Notes: a model not told the origin generated them from the letters alone. Positions 22,172-32,282 are shown, counted from the first letter of the stretch. The stretch: DNA of 64,000 nucleotides from an uncultured Bacilli bacterium (GCA_947627355.1 CANQVX010000009.1:12168-76167); one strand, 5' to 3'. Numbers and translations are program-made.

Positions 22172-22699
22172 ATGGATGAAAATGTTACTCAAAATAAACA
22201 AGAGCAAATAAATGATGAAATTAAAAACCAAGATGATTTAATCATTGGCAAATGTATCAATTGTGGCTCTACTGTTAGATTTAATCCTGATAAACAATGT
22301 TTAGTTTGTGATAATTGTGGTTCTACTTTTAAAATTCCAAAATCACTTGAAAAATTAAAAGAAAATGATTTTTCAGATTATGTTCAAAAATTTAAACATA
22401 GCAATGATAATTCTTTATCAAAAGCTAATCAATATACTTTAACATGTGAAGACTGTGGGGCTACTATTACCATTGATAAATTTGATTTATCAGTTACTTG
22501 CCCATTTTGTGGTTCTCATAAAACTTTAAAGCAAGATGCTAATAAAGAAATAGTAATTCCTATTGAAGGAATTATTCCTTTTATGTTCTCTCTTGATGAA
22601 TGCAATAAACAATTTACATCTTGGCTTCACAATAAAGCTTTAGCACCTAACAAATTAAAAAAAGGCTTAATAAAGCCTGAATTTGTCGCTTGTTATTAA
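22172..22699 (+). CDS. zinc-ribbon protein, N-terminal part of a gene interrupted by an in-frame TAA (22697-22699)
   Basis: Start ATG 22172 (GGAGGGG RBS 5 nt upstream); two C-x2-C...C-x2-C ribbons; in-frame continuation after the stop. Confidence 0.5.
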   Translation: MDENVTQNKQEQINDEIKNQDDLIIGKCINCGSTVRFNPDKQCLVCDNCGSTFKIPKSLEKLKENDFSDYVQKFKHSNDNSLSKANQYTLTCEDCGATITIDKFDLSVTCPFCGSHKTLKQDANKEIVIPIEGIIPFMFSLDECNKQFTSWLHNKALAPNKLKKGLIKPEFVACY

Positions 22700-22744
22700 C
22701 CATTTTGGACTTATGATGCTAATACTTTTAGTTCCTATTCAGCC

Positions 22745-23335
22745 ATGAGAGGAACATATTATTATGTAACTGTTTCTAGATATAATCCTGCTACTAAACA
22801 AACTGAATACGATCGAGAAAGAAGAATTAATTGGGTTCCAGTTCATGGTACTTATGACTTTTTCTTTAACGACGTTGTTATTAGAGGATCTGAAAATAAA
22901 TTAGATGAATATATTAACAAAGTAACTAAATATGACCTTAAAAAGGTCGTTAAATACGATGAAAAATATGTTTTAGGATATCGTGCTGAACGTTCTTCAT
23001 TAGATTTAGTAGAAGGCTTTACTAGAGCTAAAAATGTAATGCAAAATCATTTAAGATATCTAATTAGATTACAAATTGGTGGCGATGAAGTTAGCAATTT
23101 AAAGATTGATACTAACTATCAAGATATTACTTTTAAACAACTGTTATGCCCTATCTACCTTGCGCGTTATAAAGTAAAAGGTAAAAAGAATTATTACTAT
23201 TATGTAATCAATGGTGAAAACGGTAATGCTTATGGTGATTATCCAATGTCTACTGCTAAGATATTATCAATTGTCTTTAGTATTTTAGCATTTATTCTAT
23301 TTTTAATTTTAGCAATTTATTTTGCAACTCGTTAA
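22745..23335 (+). CDS. C-terminal part of the same interrupted gene (open in the same frame from 22700), ends in one TM helix
   Basis: No RBS before ATG 22745. Codons 22700-22744 (PFWTYDANTFSSYSA) are open and in frame with the upstream ORF. C-terminal TM helix ILSIVFSILAFILFLILAIYF. Confidence 0.45.
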   Translation: MRGTYYYVTVSRYNPATKQTEYDRERRINWVPVHGTYDFFFNDVVIRGSENKLDEYINKVTKYDLKKVVKYDEKYVLGYRAERSSLDLVEGFTRAKNVMQNHLRYLIRLQIGGDEVSNLKIDTNYQDITFKQLLCPIYLARYKVKGKKNYYYYVINGENGNAYGDYPMSTAKILSIVFSILAFILFLILAIYFATR

Positions 23336-23405
23336 TAAGCAAAATCAAAAGAAATTACAAATCAGTTTCTTTTGTTATATAATACTAACTGAAAGTGGTG
23401 ATGTT

Positions 23406-24785
23406 ATGCCTAACTTTAATAAATATGGTTTAAAACAAGAAGTCTTAGAATCAATTAAAAATATTGGCTTTACTAAGCCAACAAAGATTCAAGATATTGT
23501 CATTCCAGTCGCATTAAAAAAGATAAATTTAATTGGTAAAGGTAAAACCGGCAGTGGTAAAACTCATTCTTTTTTAATTCCAATTGCAAATCGAATTGAA
23601 GTAGATAATCCTAATTTACAATGCATTGTATTACTTCCTACCAGAGAATTATCTTTACAAATTTATCAAACCTTTAAAGAATTCTTTAAAGATAATTTTA
23701 GTAATTTAAAAATAACTTGTCTTACTGGTGGAAAAGATTCTAAAAGAGATTTAACTAAGTTAAATGTTACTCCACAAATCTTAATTGGTACACCAGAAAA
23801 AATCAAAAAAATGACGGTCGATACGGGAGCTGTTAATCTTTCAACCGTTAATACTTTTGTTATTGATGAAGCTGATATGACCTTAGAAATGGGATTTTTA
23901 AATGAAGTCGATATGATTGCAAATTTAGTCGATAAAAAGGCGCATATTATGGTTTTCAGTGCTACCATTCCAGTTGGTATTAAACCTTTTTTAAAGAAAT
24001 ATTTAAGAAACCCTGTGTTACTAGAAGATCAAACTGCTGTTGATAATCAAGATATTGAACATATCTTGTTTCCATGCCGTGGTAAATCAACTAATGAAAC
24101 TTTAAAACTAGTCTTAGAAAACATTAATCCTTATGTCTGCTTAATCTTTGCTAATACAAAAAAAGAAGTTGAAGAAACATATAAATATCTAACCAGTTTA
24201 AATTATGATGTAGCCATGATTCATGGAAGTTTACAATCTAGAGAAAGAAAAAGAAGCATTAAGAAATCTTTAAATGGTGAATTCAAATACATTGTTGCTA
24301 GTGATATTGCTAGCCGTGGTATAGATATTCCAGGTGTTAGCCATGTTATTTCTTTAGGTTTTCCTAAAAATAATCTAGAGTTTTATTTGCATCGAGCTGG
24401 TAGATGTGGTAGAAACAATGTCACAGGTAAATGTATTTCCTTATACCACAATCAAGATAAGCAAACAATTCAAAAACTGATGAGTATGGGTATTCAATTT
24501 TCTCATCAAGAAATCAAAAATGATAAATGGGTTGTTTTAAAAGATTTTGATGCTAGAACTAGAAGAGTTAATAAAAAAGTAAGTGAAGTTGATTTAGAAA
24601 TCAAAAAAGTAGTTATTCAAAACAAAAATAAAAAAGTTAAACCTAACTATAAAAAGAAAGTAAAACAGCAAATCGATAAAATAAAACGTAAACATCGTCG
24701 TGAAGTAATTCAAAAAGATATTAAAAAAAGACAAATTAAACGTGCGATTGAAAATAATAAAAACAAAGGAAGTGATTTATCATGA
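23406..24785 (+). CDS. cshB: DEAD-box ATP-dependent RNA helicase (CshB-like) with Lys-rich C-terminal tail
   Basis: Q-motif, GKTGSGKT, DEAD (VIDEADMT), SAT, HRAGRCGR motifs; followed by nfo as in B. subtilis yqfR-yqfS; start at ATG 23406 (GGTGATG RBS). Confidence 0.85.
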   Translation: MPNFNKYGLKQEVLESIKNIGFTKPTKIQDIVIPVALKKINLIGKGKTGSGKTHSFLIPIANRIEVDNPNLQCIVLLPTRELSLQIYQTFKEFFKDNFSNLKITCLTGGKDSKRDLTKLNVTPQILIGTPEKIKKMTVDTGAVNLSTVNTFVIDEADMTLEMGFLNEVDMIANLVDKKAHIMVFSATIPVGIKPFLKKYLRNPVLLEDQTAVDNQDIEHILFPCRGKSTNETLKLVLENINPYVCLIFANTKKEVEETYKYLTSLNYDVAMIHGSLQSRERKRSIKKSLNGEFKYIVASDIASRGIDIPGVSHVISLGFPKNNLEFYLHRAGRCGRNNVTGKCISLYHNQDKQTIQKLMSMGIQFSHQEIKNDKWVVLKDFDARTRRVNKKVSEVDLEIKKVVIQNKNKKVKPNYKKKVKQQIDKIKRKHRREVIQKDIKKRQIKRAIENNKNKGSDLS

Positions 24786-25699
24786 TTATTGGCTGTCACG
24801 TAGGAATGTCTTCTCCTGAATATTTATTAGGATCTTGTAAAGAAGCGACTAGTTATAATGCTAACACATTTATGTTTTATACAGGTGCTCCTCAAAATTC
24901 AATTAGGACTGATTTAAAGTATTTAAAAATTGAAGAAGCAAGACAATATTTAAAAGAACATAACATTGATATTGAAAATGTTGTTGTTCATGCTCCTTAT
25001 TTAATCAATCTAGCTAATTGTGAAGACGTAGAAAAACTAAACCTATCAATGAATTTATTAGATACTGAAGTTAAAAGAACTTTAGCAATTGGTACTAAAT
25101 ATCTAGTTTTACATCCTGGATGTTCCTTAAAAGCCGATAAAAATGTGGCTATAAAACAAGTTTCAAATTGTTTAAACACAATTATTGATAACAATCCAGG
25201 TATTGTGATTTTAATTGAAACAATGGCTGGTAAAGGTAGTGAAATTGGCATTAACTTCAATGAAATAAAAACTATTATTGATGGAGTTAATAACAAAGAT
25301 GCAATTGGTGTTTGTTTAGATACTTGTCACATTAATGATGCTGGTTATGATTTAACAAAAATTGACGATTTACTCGACGAATTTGATAACATCATTGGTT
25401 TAAATAAATTAAAAGTTTGTCATATCAATGATTCTAAAAATGAACGCGGAGCTCATAAAGATCGTCATGAAAACATTGGTTATGGTACAATTGGCTTTGA
25501 TAACTTATGTTCATTTATCTATAACAAAAGACTTGAAGGTAAAATATTTATTCTAGAAACCCCATGGGTTCAATGTGTACGCAAAGATGTTTATCAATAC
25601 GTTGCTTATCCACCTTATAAATTTGAAATAGAAATGATAAGAAATAGAAAGTTCAATGAAAATCTAGAAAAAGATATTGATGAACTTTATAACAAATAA
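24782..25699 (+). CDS. nfo: endonuclease IV (AP endonuclease family 2)
   Basis: 305 aa; Nfo N-terminus IGCHVGMS, metal-binding His/Asp/Glu positions; AAGGAAGTGA RBS. Confidence 0.85.
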   Translation: MIIGCHVGMSSPEYLLGSCKEATSYNANTFMFYTGAPQNSIRTDLKYLKIEEARQYLKEHNIDIENVVVHAPYLINLANCEDVEKLNLSMNLLDTEVKRTLAIGTKYLVLHPGCSLKADKNVAIKQVSNCLNTIIDNNPGIVILIETMAGKGSEIGINFNEIKTIIDGVNNKDAIGVCLDTCHINDAGYDLTKIDDLLDEFDNIIGLNKLKVCHINDSKNERGAHKDRHENIGYGTIGFDNLCSFIYNKRLEGKIFILETPWVQCVRKDVYQYVAYPPYKFEIEMIRNRKFNENLEKDIDELYNK

Positions 25700-25728
25700 A
25701 AACGAGAGTTGAAAAACTCTCATTTTTA

Positions 25729-26673
25729 TTAATCATTTTCGTAAGCTTCAATAATTTTTCCTACTAATGGATTTCTTACAACATCACTGCTTGAAAACTC
25801 AATAAAGTCGATTCCATCGATAAATTTTAAGATTTTTTTGGCATGTAACAAGCCACTATTTCTAGGATCTTTTAAGTCAATTTGTGATTCATCACCTGTT
25901 ATAACCATCTTAGAACGATTGCCAAGTCTAGTTAAAAACATTTTCATTTGAATTGGTGTTGTGTTTTGTGCTTCATCTAGGATTACAAAGGCATCAGATA
26001 ATGTTCTACCTCTCATATAAGCAAGTGGAGCGATTTCTATGATTTCTTTTTCAAGATATTTAATGGTTGTTTCTTTTCCTAAGATATCATTAAGAGCATC
26101 ATAGATAGGAATTAAATATGGACCTACTTTTTCTTTAAGTTCACCCGGAAGAAATCCTAGATTTTCACCAGCTTCAACAATTGGTCTAGTAATAATAATT
26201 TTTTGAACTTTATTTTGTTTTAATTGTTCAATAGCATAAGCGACAGCTAGATATGTTTTTCCAGTACCTGCTGCACCGGTTGCAAATACTATGGTATTAT
26301 CTTCTAAAGCCTTATAATATTCTGCCTGGCTATATGTTTTTGGTTTGATTGGCTTTTTTTGATAAGTATGAACAAAAATAATGTTTTCTTGGATATTTTT
26401 TTGTTCATCTTCAATGGATTTAATCAATTGATTTAATAAAATTTCATCGATTTCTTCACCTTTTTTAATTGCACTAACCATCAAACCAAATAATTTACAT
26501 ACATTATTTAATGTATTTCCTTCGGCAACAACTACCATATTTTCATTATTGCCTTTGATTTGAATATTAAAATATTTTTCAATTTGTTTGATATTTCGAT
26601 CATTGACACCATAAAAATTAGCTATTTCATTTACTGTTAATTCAGAACCATTTAAAGAAACATTGCATTCCAT
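25729..26673 (-). CDS. phoH: PhoH-like ATPase
   Basis: 314 aa; Walker A GAAGTGKTYLAV, PhoH core; adjacent to yqfD as in Bacillus. Confidence 0.85.
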   Translation of the reverse strand: MECNVSLNGSELTVNEIANFYGVNDRNIKQIEKYFNIQIKGNNENMVVVAEGNTLNNVCKLFGLMVSAIKKGEEIDEILLNQLIKSIEDEQKNIQENIIFVHTYQKKPIKPKTYSQAEYYKALEDNTIVFATGAAGTGKTYLAVAYAIEQLKQNKVQKIIITRPIVEAGENLGFLPGELKEKVGPYLIPIYDALNDILGKETTIKYLEKEIIEIAPLAYMRGRTLSDAFVILDEAQNTTPIQMKMFLTRLGNRSKMVITGDESQIDLKDPRNSGLLHAKKILKFIDGIDFIEFSSSDVVRNPLVGKIIEAYEND

Positions 26674-26681
26674 TTAGTTTA

Positions 26682-27617
26682 TCATTCCTTTGTTATATCT
26701 TCGATACAGGTAAAATGAACTCTCATACTAATCATTTTGCCTTCTTTTTTAAATATTAACACATTTTCTTTTTGAATGCTTTCTTTTTTATCAAAGTTTT
26801 TAGAAATATCAATTCTTGCTTGCATTAATAGTTTGCTAAATATTTCAACTTCATCATATGGTTCGTTTTCTTTTAGGCTATAATTTAAATCAACAATGTA
26901 CCAAGTATAAGCATAAACTGCTCCATAAGTACCAACATAGACATCTTCGTTTTTATCAGTTGTTACAACATCACGAACTAGTAAATCACCTTTTTTAACA
27001 TAATCATTTATTTTTACTACTTTTTCACCATTTTTTATATCAAAAGCATAGATAACTCCATCTTTTGTTGCATATAAAGAATTATTTAGTAATACTGGCG
27101 GATTTGATTCTCTTTTGATTAAGAATTTAGCTGTGATGGCTGAACCATTGTTTCTTAATTCAAGCCATTCAATTTTATCTTTTAAATCATATAAAATCTT
27201 TTCTTCAATGATTAGTAAGGATTCGTTACTTATCTTACTCATACCAATTTTAATTTGATTCTTTTTCAAATTTTCTTCAATTAATGGATATAATTGTCTA
27301 GCATTTCCTGAGATATTTATTTTCCAGATGCGATTACTATATAAAAAGAATAAAACAATTGAAAAAATTAAAGCAATCAGCGTGGTCTTAAACTTAAAGA
27401 AATTTTCAAAAATATGAAATAAACCAACACTTTTAATAATTTTAGGATTAATAAAAACTTTTTTTATACGATTACGACAATAAGGTGACGCTAAGAATTG
27501 ATAAGTATAGGAATCTATTTTAGTTAGTTTATAAATGCTTACTTGATTTGCTTTTAATTGGTTGATGGAGTTACAAATATCAAAGACAACTACTTCATAT
27601 AAATCCAAAGATTTCAT
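26682..27617 (-). CDS. yqfD: sporulation protein YqfD-like
   Basis: 311 aa; TM plus NRIWKINISGN segment aligning with B. subtilis YqfD NMVWKIDVTGA, and ...GAVYAYTWY vs ...YGETWY; synteny yqfC-yqfD-phoH. Confidence 0.6.
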   Translation of the reverse strand: MKSLDLYEVVVFDICNSINQLKANQVSIYKLTKIDSYTYQFLASPYCRNRIKKVFINPKIIKSVGLFHIFENFFKFKTTLIALIFSIVLFFLYSNRIWKINISGNARQLYPLIEENLKKNQIKIGMSKISNESLLIIEEKILYDLKDKIEWLELRNNGSAITAKFLIKRESNPPVLLNNSLYATKDGVIYAFDIKNGEKVVKINDYVKKGDLLVRDVVTTDKNEDVYVGTYGAVYAYTWYIVDLNYSLKENEPYDEVEIFSKLLMQARIDISKNFDKKESIQKENVLIFKKEGKMISMRVHFTCIEDITKE

Positions 27618-27826
27618 GCTACTATTTCTCCTAAATCATGAAACTTTAATAAAACTATTTCCCCAACTATGATGATTTCTGTTTTTTCAAGATAGGTTAT
27701 ACAAAGTCTAACTCCTTCAATAAAAACTTTTTTGTTTTTTAAGGCTACTATTATACAATGGTCACTAACTCTTAAAATCTTAGTAAACATTTGAATCCTA
27801 ATTTCGTTTTCTTCTATATAAATCAT
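27614..27826 (-). CDS. yqfC: YqfC/YabP-family sporulation protein (short form)
   Basis: 70 aa; IYIEEN...LKF core matching YabP/YqfC beta-barrel family; AGGTGA RBS; position upstream of yqfD. Confidence 0.45.
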   Translation of the reverse strand: MIYIEENEIRIQMFTKILRVSDHCIIVALKNKKVFIEGVRLCITYLEKTEIIIVGEIVLLKFHDLGEIVA

Positions 27827-27859
27827 TTTATCACCTAATAAAAAATATGCATAAATTAT

Positions 27860-27888
27860 AAAAAAAATGAGTGTAATAAATTACACTC
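27860..27888 (-). terminator. intrinsic terminator of rpsU
   Basis: GAGTGTAAT-tt-ATTACACTC hairpin followed by T8 on the minus strand. Confidence 0.6.
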
Positions 27889-27908
27889 ACATTAGTTGTT
27901 TTTAAAAA

Positions 27909-28088
27909 TTAACGACCATAACCTTTACGACGAGCTTGTTCAGATTTTAATTTTTTGCGAATTCCAGGTTTCAAATAAAATTCTCTTTTTCGAGCTTCAG
28001 CGAGAGTTCCAGCTTTTGTAACTTGTCTTTTGAAACGACGTAAAGCATCATCAAGTGTTTCATTTTCACGAACAACAGTTTTTGGCAT
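27909..28088 (-). CDS. rpsU: 30S ribosomal protein S21
   Basis: 59 aa [21 protein letters not shown]... with strong GGAAGGGGGG RBS; ORF-track upstream extension has no RBS. Confidence 0.9.
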   Translation of the reverse strand: MPKTVVRENETLDDALRRFKRQVTKAGTLAEARKREFYLKPGIRKKLKSEQARRKGYGR

Positions 28089-28282
28089 TTTATTTCCCCC
28101 CTTCCGAAGCAATAAATTTTACTACTTAAGTATAATTTTTTTTAAGGCTAATTGTCAAGATAAAATTCACATTTTAACGCATGAATTCCCTAAAATCTGG
28201 TAAATTTATCTTTAAGTGGCTAATTTTAAAAATAAAATTATAAAATTTTTATTAAAACACATACTATTTAAGAGGTGAGTTC

Positions 28283-28807
28283 ATGAAAGATACAGGAATA
28301 GTTAGAAGAATCGATGAACTAGGAAGAATCGTTATACCTAAAGAAATTCGTAAGAATTTAAGGATTAATACCGGTGATAATGTTGAAATCTATATGGATG
28401 AAAATAATAAAATCATTTTAAAAAAGTTTTCTAGTTTATTTGGTATGGAAGAAGAATTGTTTAACATAGCCAAAGTTATCAATGAATTTAGTGGGGCAAC
28501 AATTATTGTTACCGATATTGATAAAACCATTGTAAGTTATGGTAAAGATAACGAATTCTATATAGAACAATATATCGATAAAACATTATTAGAAGGTATT
28601 AATCAACAAAGTTTTATCAAAAAACAAAATTTTCATATTGTAACTAATCATGTTGAAAATCGTTTAGCCTATATCTTTCCTTTGTATTGTAAAGAGACTT
28701 TACATGGACTTTTTATCCTTCTTGAAAATGAACGTTCCTTACAAAATTGTGAAAATGATATCGCCCTTTATTTTAAAAAATTTATTGTAAAGCAACTCGA
28801 TAGTTAA
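28283..28807 (+). CDS. spoVT: stage V sporulation protein T-like regulator (AbrB/SpoVT N-domain plus GAF-like C-domain)
   Basis: N-terminus GIVRRIDELGRIVIPKEIRKNL (swapped-hairpin AbrB fold), 174 aa total; followed by S4/yabP/yabQ/spoIIE as in Bacillus. Confidence 0.7.
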   Translation: MKDTGIVRRIDELGRIVIPKEIRKNLRINTGDNVEIYMDENNKIILKKFSSLFGMEEELFNIAKVINEFSGATIIVTDIDKTIVSYGKDNEFYIEQYIDKTLLEGINQQSFIKKQNFHIVTNHVENRLAYIFPLYCKETLHGLFILLENERSLQNCENDIALYFKKFIVKQLDS

Positions 28808-28829
28808 TATAATAATTTTGGTGATGAAA

Positions 28830-29105
28830 ATGCGTCTTGATAAGTATTTAAAAGTCTGTCGGATTATAAAACGAAGGGTAATAAGTAAAGATATTATTTC
28901 CTTTGGTCAAGTTTTATTAAATGGTAGGAAAGCAAAGCCGGCTTCAACTGTTAATGTTAATGATGAAATCACTTTATTTCTAGGAAATAAAAAAATTACC
29001 ATTCAAGTGTTAAGTGTTGATAGTAAAATCAATTCAAAAGATGCTGTCACATCATTATATAAAATAATTAAAGAAGAAGTAATAACCTCTAATGAACCTG
29101 CATAA
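28830..29105 (+). CDS. S4-domain RNA-binding protein (YabO-like)
   Basis: MRLDKYLKVCRIIKRR... S4 signature; start codon choice uncertain (28818 TTG / 28824 / 28830). Confidence 0.55.
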   Translation: MRLDKYLKVCRIIKRRVISKDIISFGQVLLNGRKAKPASTVNVNDEITLFLGNKKITIQVLSVDSKINSKDAVTSLYKIIKEEVITSNEPA

Positions 29106-29128
29106 AGTTAATTAGGAGGTTTTTTATT

Positions 29129-29437
29129 ATGGAAGAACAATTTAATAATGTAGTTCAACAAAATCACTTGATTACTTTAAAAGATCGTAATCTTTTAGAC
29201 CTATCAGGAGTTAAAAACATTCAAAGTTTTGATAATCAAGAATTCCTAATTTCTAGTCCATATGGAACATTACACATTAAAGGAAAAGATTTAACTATTT
29301 CTAAAATGGATACTGATAATGGCGTTTTACAAATAAAGGGCCAAATTGATCAAATAAGTTATATCCAAGATAAAAAATCAGATGGCACTGATTCAAAGCC
29401 AAAAAAAGAAAACTTTTTTACTAAAATCTTTAAATAA
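29129..29437 (+). CDS. yabP: sporulation protein YabP
   Basis: 102 aa; YabP pattern (LTLKDRNLLDLSGVKNIQSFD...LHIKGKDL...LQIKGQI); AGGAGG RBS. Confidence 0.65.
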   Translation: MEEQFNNVVQQNHLITLKDRNLLDLSGVKNIQSFDNQEFLISSPYGTLHIKGKDLTISKMDTDNGVLQIKGQIDQISYIQDKKSDGTDSKPKKENFFTKIFK

Positions 29438-29883
29438 TGAGTCTAGGAAAGCAATTTCAAATCATTCTAATCTCATTTTTATTTGGAATGATATTTCTTG
29501 CGTGCTATGACATTTTTAATCGAACGTTTTATAAACTCAAAGGAAAATTAGTTCGTTTTGTCTTTGAACTAATTTTCTTTAGTGTTTTAGTAACGATTTA
29601 TTATTTTGTCATCTTTTTAATTAATGATGGTATTCTTAGCATCTATATGCCTTTGTTTTTAATTATCGGTGGTCTAGTTTATTTGAAGTTTGTTTCCTCT
29701 CCTTTACAATGTTTATATGAAAAAATTGTTGGTCGAATCGAACAAAAACTAACTAAATTGCATCTTTTCTTTTTAAAAAAATGTAATATAATGAAATTAA
29801 AGTTAAGAAAACTCAGAGGACAAATTAATGAAAAGATTAAAAACAAACGAAACACCAAAACTATCCAAAAAAAGCAAGATTAA
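29437..29883 (+). CDS. yabQ: YabQ-like spore cortex membrane protein
   Basis: 148 aa, 3-4 TM helices, ATGA overlap with yabP, positional equivalence. Confidence 0.45.
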   Translation: MSLGKQFQIILISFLFGMIFLACYDIFNRTFYKLKGKLVRFVFELIFFSVLVTIYYFVIFLINDGILSIYMPLFLIIGGLVYLKFVSSPLQCLYEKIVGRIEQKLTKLHLFFLKKCNIMKLKLRKLRGQINEKIKNKRNTKTIQKKQD

Positions 29884-30040
29884 GATTGGTATCTTTATTT
29901 CCATTAGTGTTATTTGTTTTTTAGTTGTTATCTTTTTATTAATTAGATATCTCGTTCCAGTTTTTTAAATTTTTAATCTTCTTATTTATTTCGACAATGT
30001 TTTTAACATTGTTTTTTTATACTTTTCTTGGGTGATAATT

Positions 30041-32278
30041 ATGACATTTGTAGAAACAGTATCAAAAAAGCAAAAATTATATCGAAATAGCATTTATATT
30101 TTTAAAATTCTAATTATCCTTATTTGTAGCTTACTTGCTCCATTATTTAGTTATAAAGGTCTCAATATTTTATTTATGATTCCTTTACTTTCGTTTTGTT
30201 TTTTTACTGGAATTGATTATTTTTTGTTTTCAATTGTAGGAATTTTAATTAGTTCAATTATAACTTATAATTCAAACACTTATTTTAGTGCTATTGCCAT
30301 ATGTTTATATTTTATTATCTATTTTTTATTTAAATTGTTTCATATTAAAAGCAGTCTAAATCATACTTTTAGTAGTACTTTTGCTATCTTTTTTAGTTAT
30401 CTTGCTTTTCAAATTATCAATCATAGTATGAATTATCTTGAACTAGCTATTGTTTTAACAATTGCTTGTCTTATAAGTGTTTTATTTGCTTTAATCATTC
30501 ATACCTTTCCTTTAAGAAGTATCATTTATCAAAATGAAAATTCTTTAATAATTTCATGTTTATTATTATCTTTGTATCTATCTTTTTTTAAAGTTTCTAG
30601 TGTTAGTATGATTATCATTAGGTTATTAATTTTAATATGCGCTATTAAGGTTAGTATTCAAGCAACTTTAGCTTTTTCATTTTCTTTATATTTAGCTTTT
30701 TTCTTACTTAATTATAATTATACTAATGAACTATTTATTATGATTCTACCGGCAATTATTGTTGGTTTCATGAAAGAAAATAAGAAATGGTTGATAACCT
30801 TATTGTATTTAATTTCAAGTATAATTTTTATCTTTCTTATAAATGGTAAAGATAGCAATTATCTATTACTTGAAGCAATTATAACAACCATTTTAATGAT
30901 TTTTTTACCTTCGTTTATATTTAAACCAGTACTTAAGGTAGATAATTACTATGAAATGTATTTACAAAATCAAAAAGATATTGAAAATAAATTAGAAGAA
31001 TTTTCTTTACTTTTTGATAGTTTAGCAAAACAATTTATCAAATCAAAACAAAGTAGAATTCTAGAACAAGCAAATGTTGAAGTCTTTGATAAACTATGTG
31101 CTAATTGTTTTAAAAATCAGTTTTGTCATCAAAATGGTAATCATCTTTTAATGAATTATGTTAAAGATGGTATTATGAATAACCTAAACGAAAACAAAAT
31201 TAATTATGTTAAAATGAATTGTTTAAAAGCTGATGCTTATTTAAAATTAATCGATAGATTCATGCAAAGTTATCTTTTAAAGCATTATGAAAACGATGAT
31301 TTATGTATCCTTAAAGACGTTGTTTCAAATCAATTTTTAGGCTTTAGTAAAATCATGAACAGTTATAAAGAACATTTAAAAGAAGACAAAATGATTGTTG
31401 CCAATATGTTTTATAAAAACATTAAACAAGAACTTGAGTGTTACAATTATGATGTTTTATATGTCAATAATTTTTCTACTATCAATCAATATTGTTTTGA
31501 TTTAGCAATTGCTAATTGTTCAATTAAAGAAATTAAAAATAATGTTATGCCAACTATCAGTCGATTGCTTAATTGTTATCTTGAAATCATTGATATTCAT
31601 TACAATAATCTTGTAAGCAATTATGTTGTTTTATCAATTCAAGAAACTAAAAAACAAACCATTAATTATTGTTATAAACAAAATGGAAAAGCAACCACTT
31701 ATTGTGGTGATTCCTTGCAATGCATTGATTATCAAAATAAATTCTATTTAGCAATTAGCGATGGTATGGGTAATGGAATAGAAGCCAATGAAGAAAGTAA
31801 GTTTACCTTAGATGTTTTACTATCAACCATTAAAACAGGATTAACTCCAAGTGAAGGTATAACAATTTCAAATTCCTTACTAAAACTTAAAAATCAATAT
31901 GATACTTATACAACTATTGATTTAATTGAAATAGATAAAACAACTTTAATTGCAAAGTTTTATAAAGCTGGAGCATTTTTAAGTCTAATTAGACACGATA
32001 ATGAAATTAAAGTGGTTGAAAATTATGCTCTTCCCATTGGTATAGTTGATAAAATTACTCCAAATGTTATGGAATATCAATTACAACCTGGTGATACTAT
32101 TTATATGATGAGCGATGGTTTAATTGATGAATATAACGAAGACATAAAAAATATAATTCTTAATAATAATGAAGAAAATTCAAACATTGCTATTAAAGAA
32201 TTATATGATAAATTTATGGAACTAAAACAAACAAAAGATGATGTTACTTTTGTAATAATTGATATTAAAAAAGATTAG
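30041..32278 (+). CDS. spoIIE: stage II sporulation protein E (membrane PP2C phosphatase)
   Basis: About 10 N-terminal TM helices, central regulatory region, C-terminal PP2C domain (AISDGMGNG...MMSDGL); start at ATG 30041 (GGGTGA RBS). Confidence 0.8.
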   Translation: MTFVETVSKKQKLYRNSIYIFKILIILICSLLAPLFSYKGLNILFMIPLLSFCFFTGIDYFLFSIVGILISSIITYNSNTYFSAIAICLYFIIYFLFKLFHIKSSLNHTFSSTFAIFFSYLAFQIINHSMNYLELAIVLTIACLISVLFALIIHTFPLRSIIYQNENSLIISCLLLSLYLSFFKVSSVSMIIIRLLILICAIKVSIQATLAFSFSLYLAFFLLNYNYTNELFIMILPAIIVGFMKENKKWLITLLYLISSIIFIFLINGKDSNYLLLEAIITTILMIFLPSFIFKPVLKVDNYYEMYLQNQKDIENKLEEFSLLFDSLAKQFIKSKQSRILEQANVEVFDKLCANCFKNQFCHQNGNHLLMNYVKDGIMNNLNENKINYVKMNCLKADAYLKLIDRFMQSYLLKHYENDDLCILKDVVSNQFLGFSKIMNSYKEHLKEDKMIVANMFYKNIKQELECYNYDVLYVNNFSTINQYCFDLAIANCSIKEIKNNVMPTISRLLNCYLEIIDIHYNNLVSNYVVLSIQETKKQTINYCYKQNGKATTYCGDSLQCIDYQNKFYLAISDGMGNGIEANEESKFTLDVLLSTIKTGLTPSEGITISNSLLKLKNQYDTYTTIDLIEIDKTTLIAKFYKAGAFLSLIRHDNEIKVVENYALPIGIVDKITPNVMEYQLQPGDTIYMMSDGLIDEYNEDIKNIILNNNEENSNIAIKELYDKFMELKQTKDDVTFVIIDIKKD

Positions 32279-32282
32279 AAGC

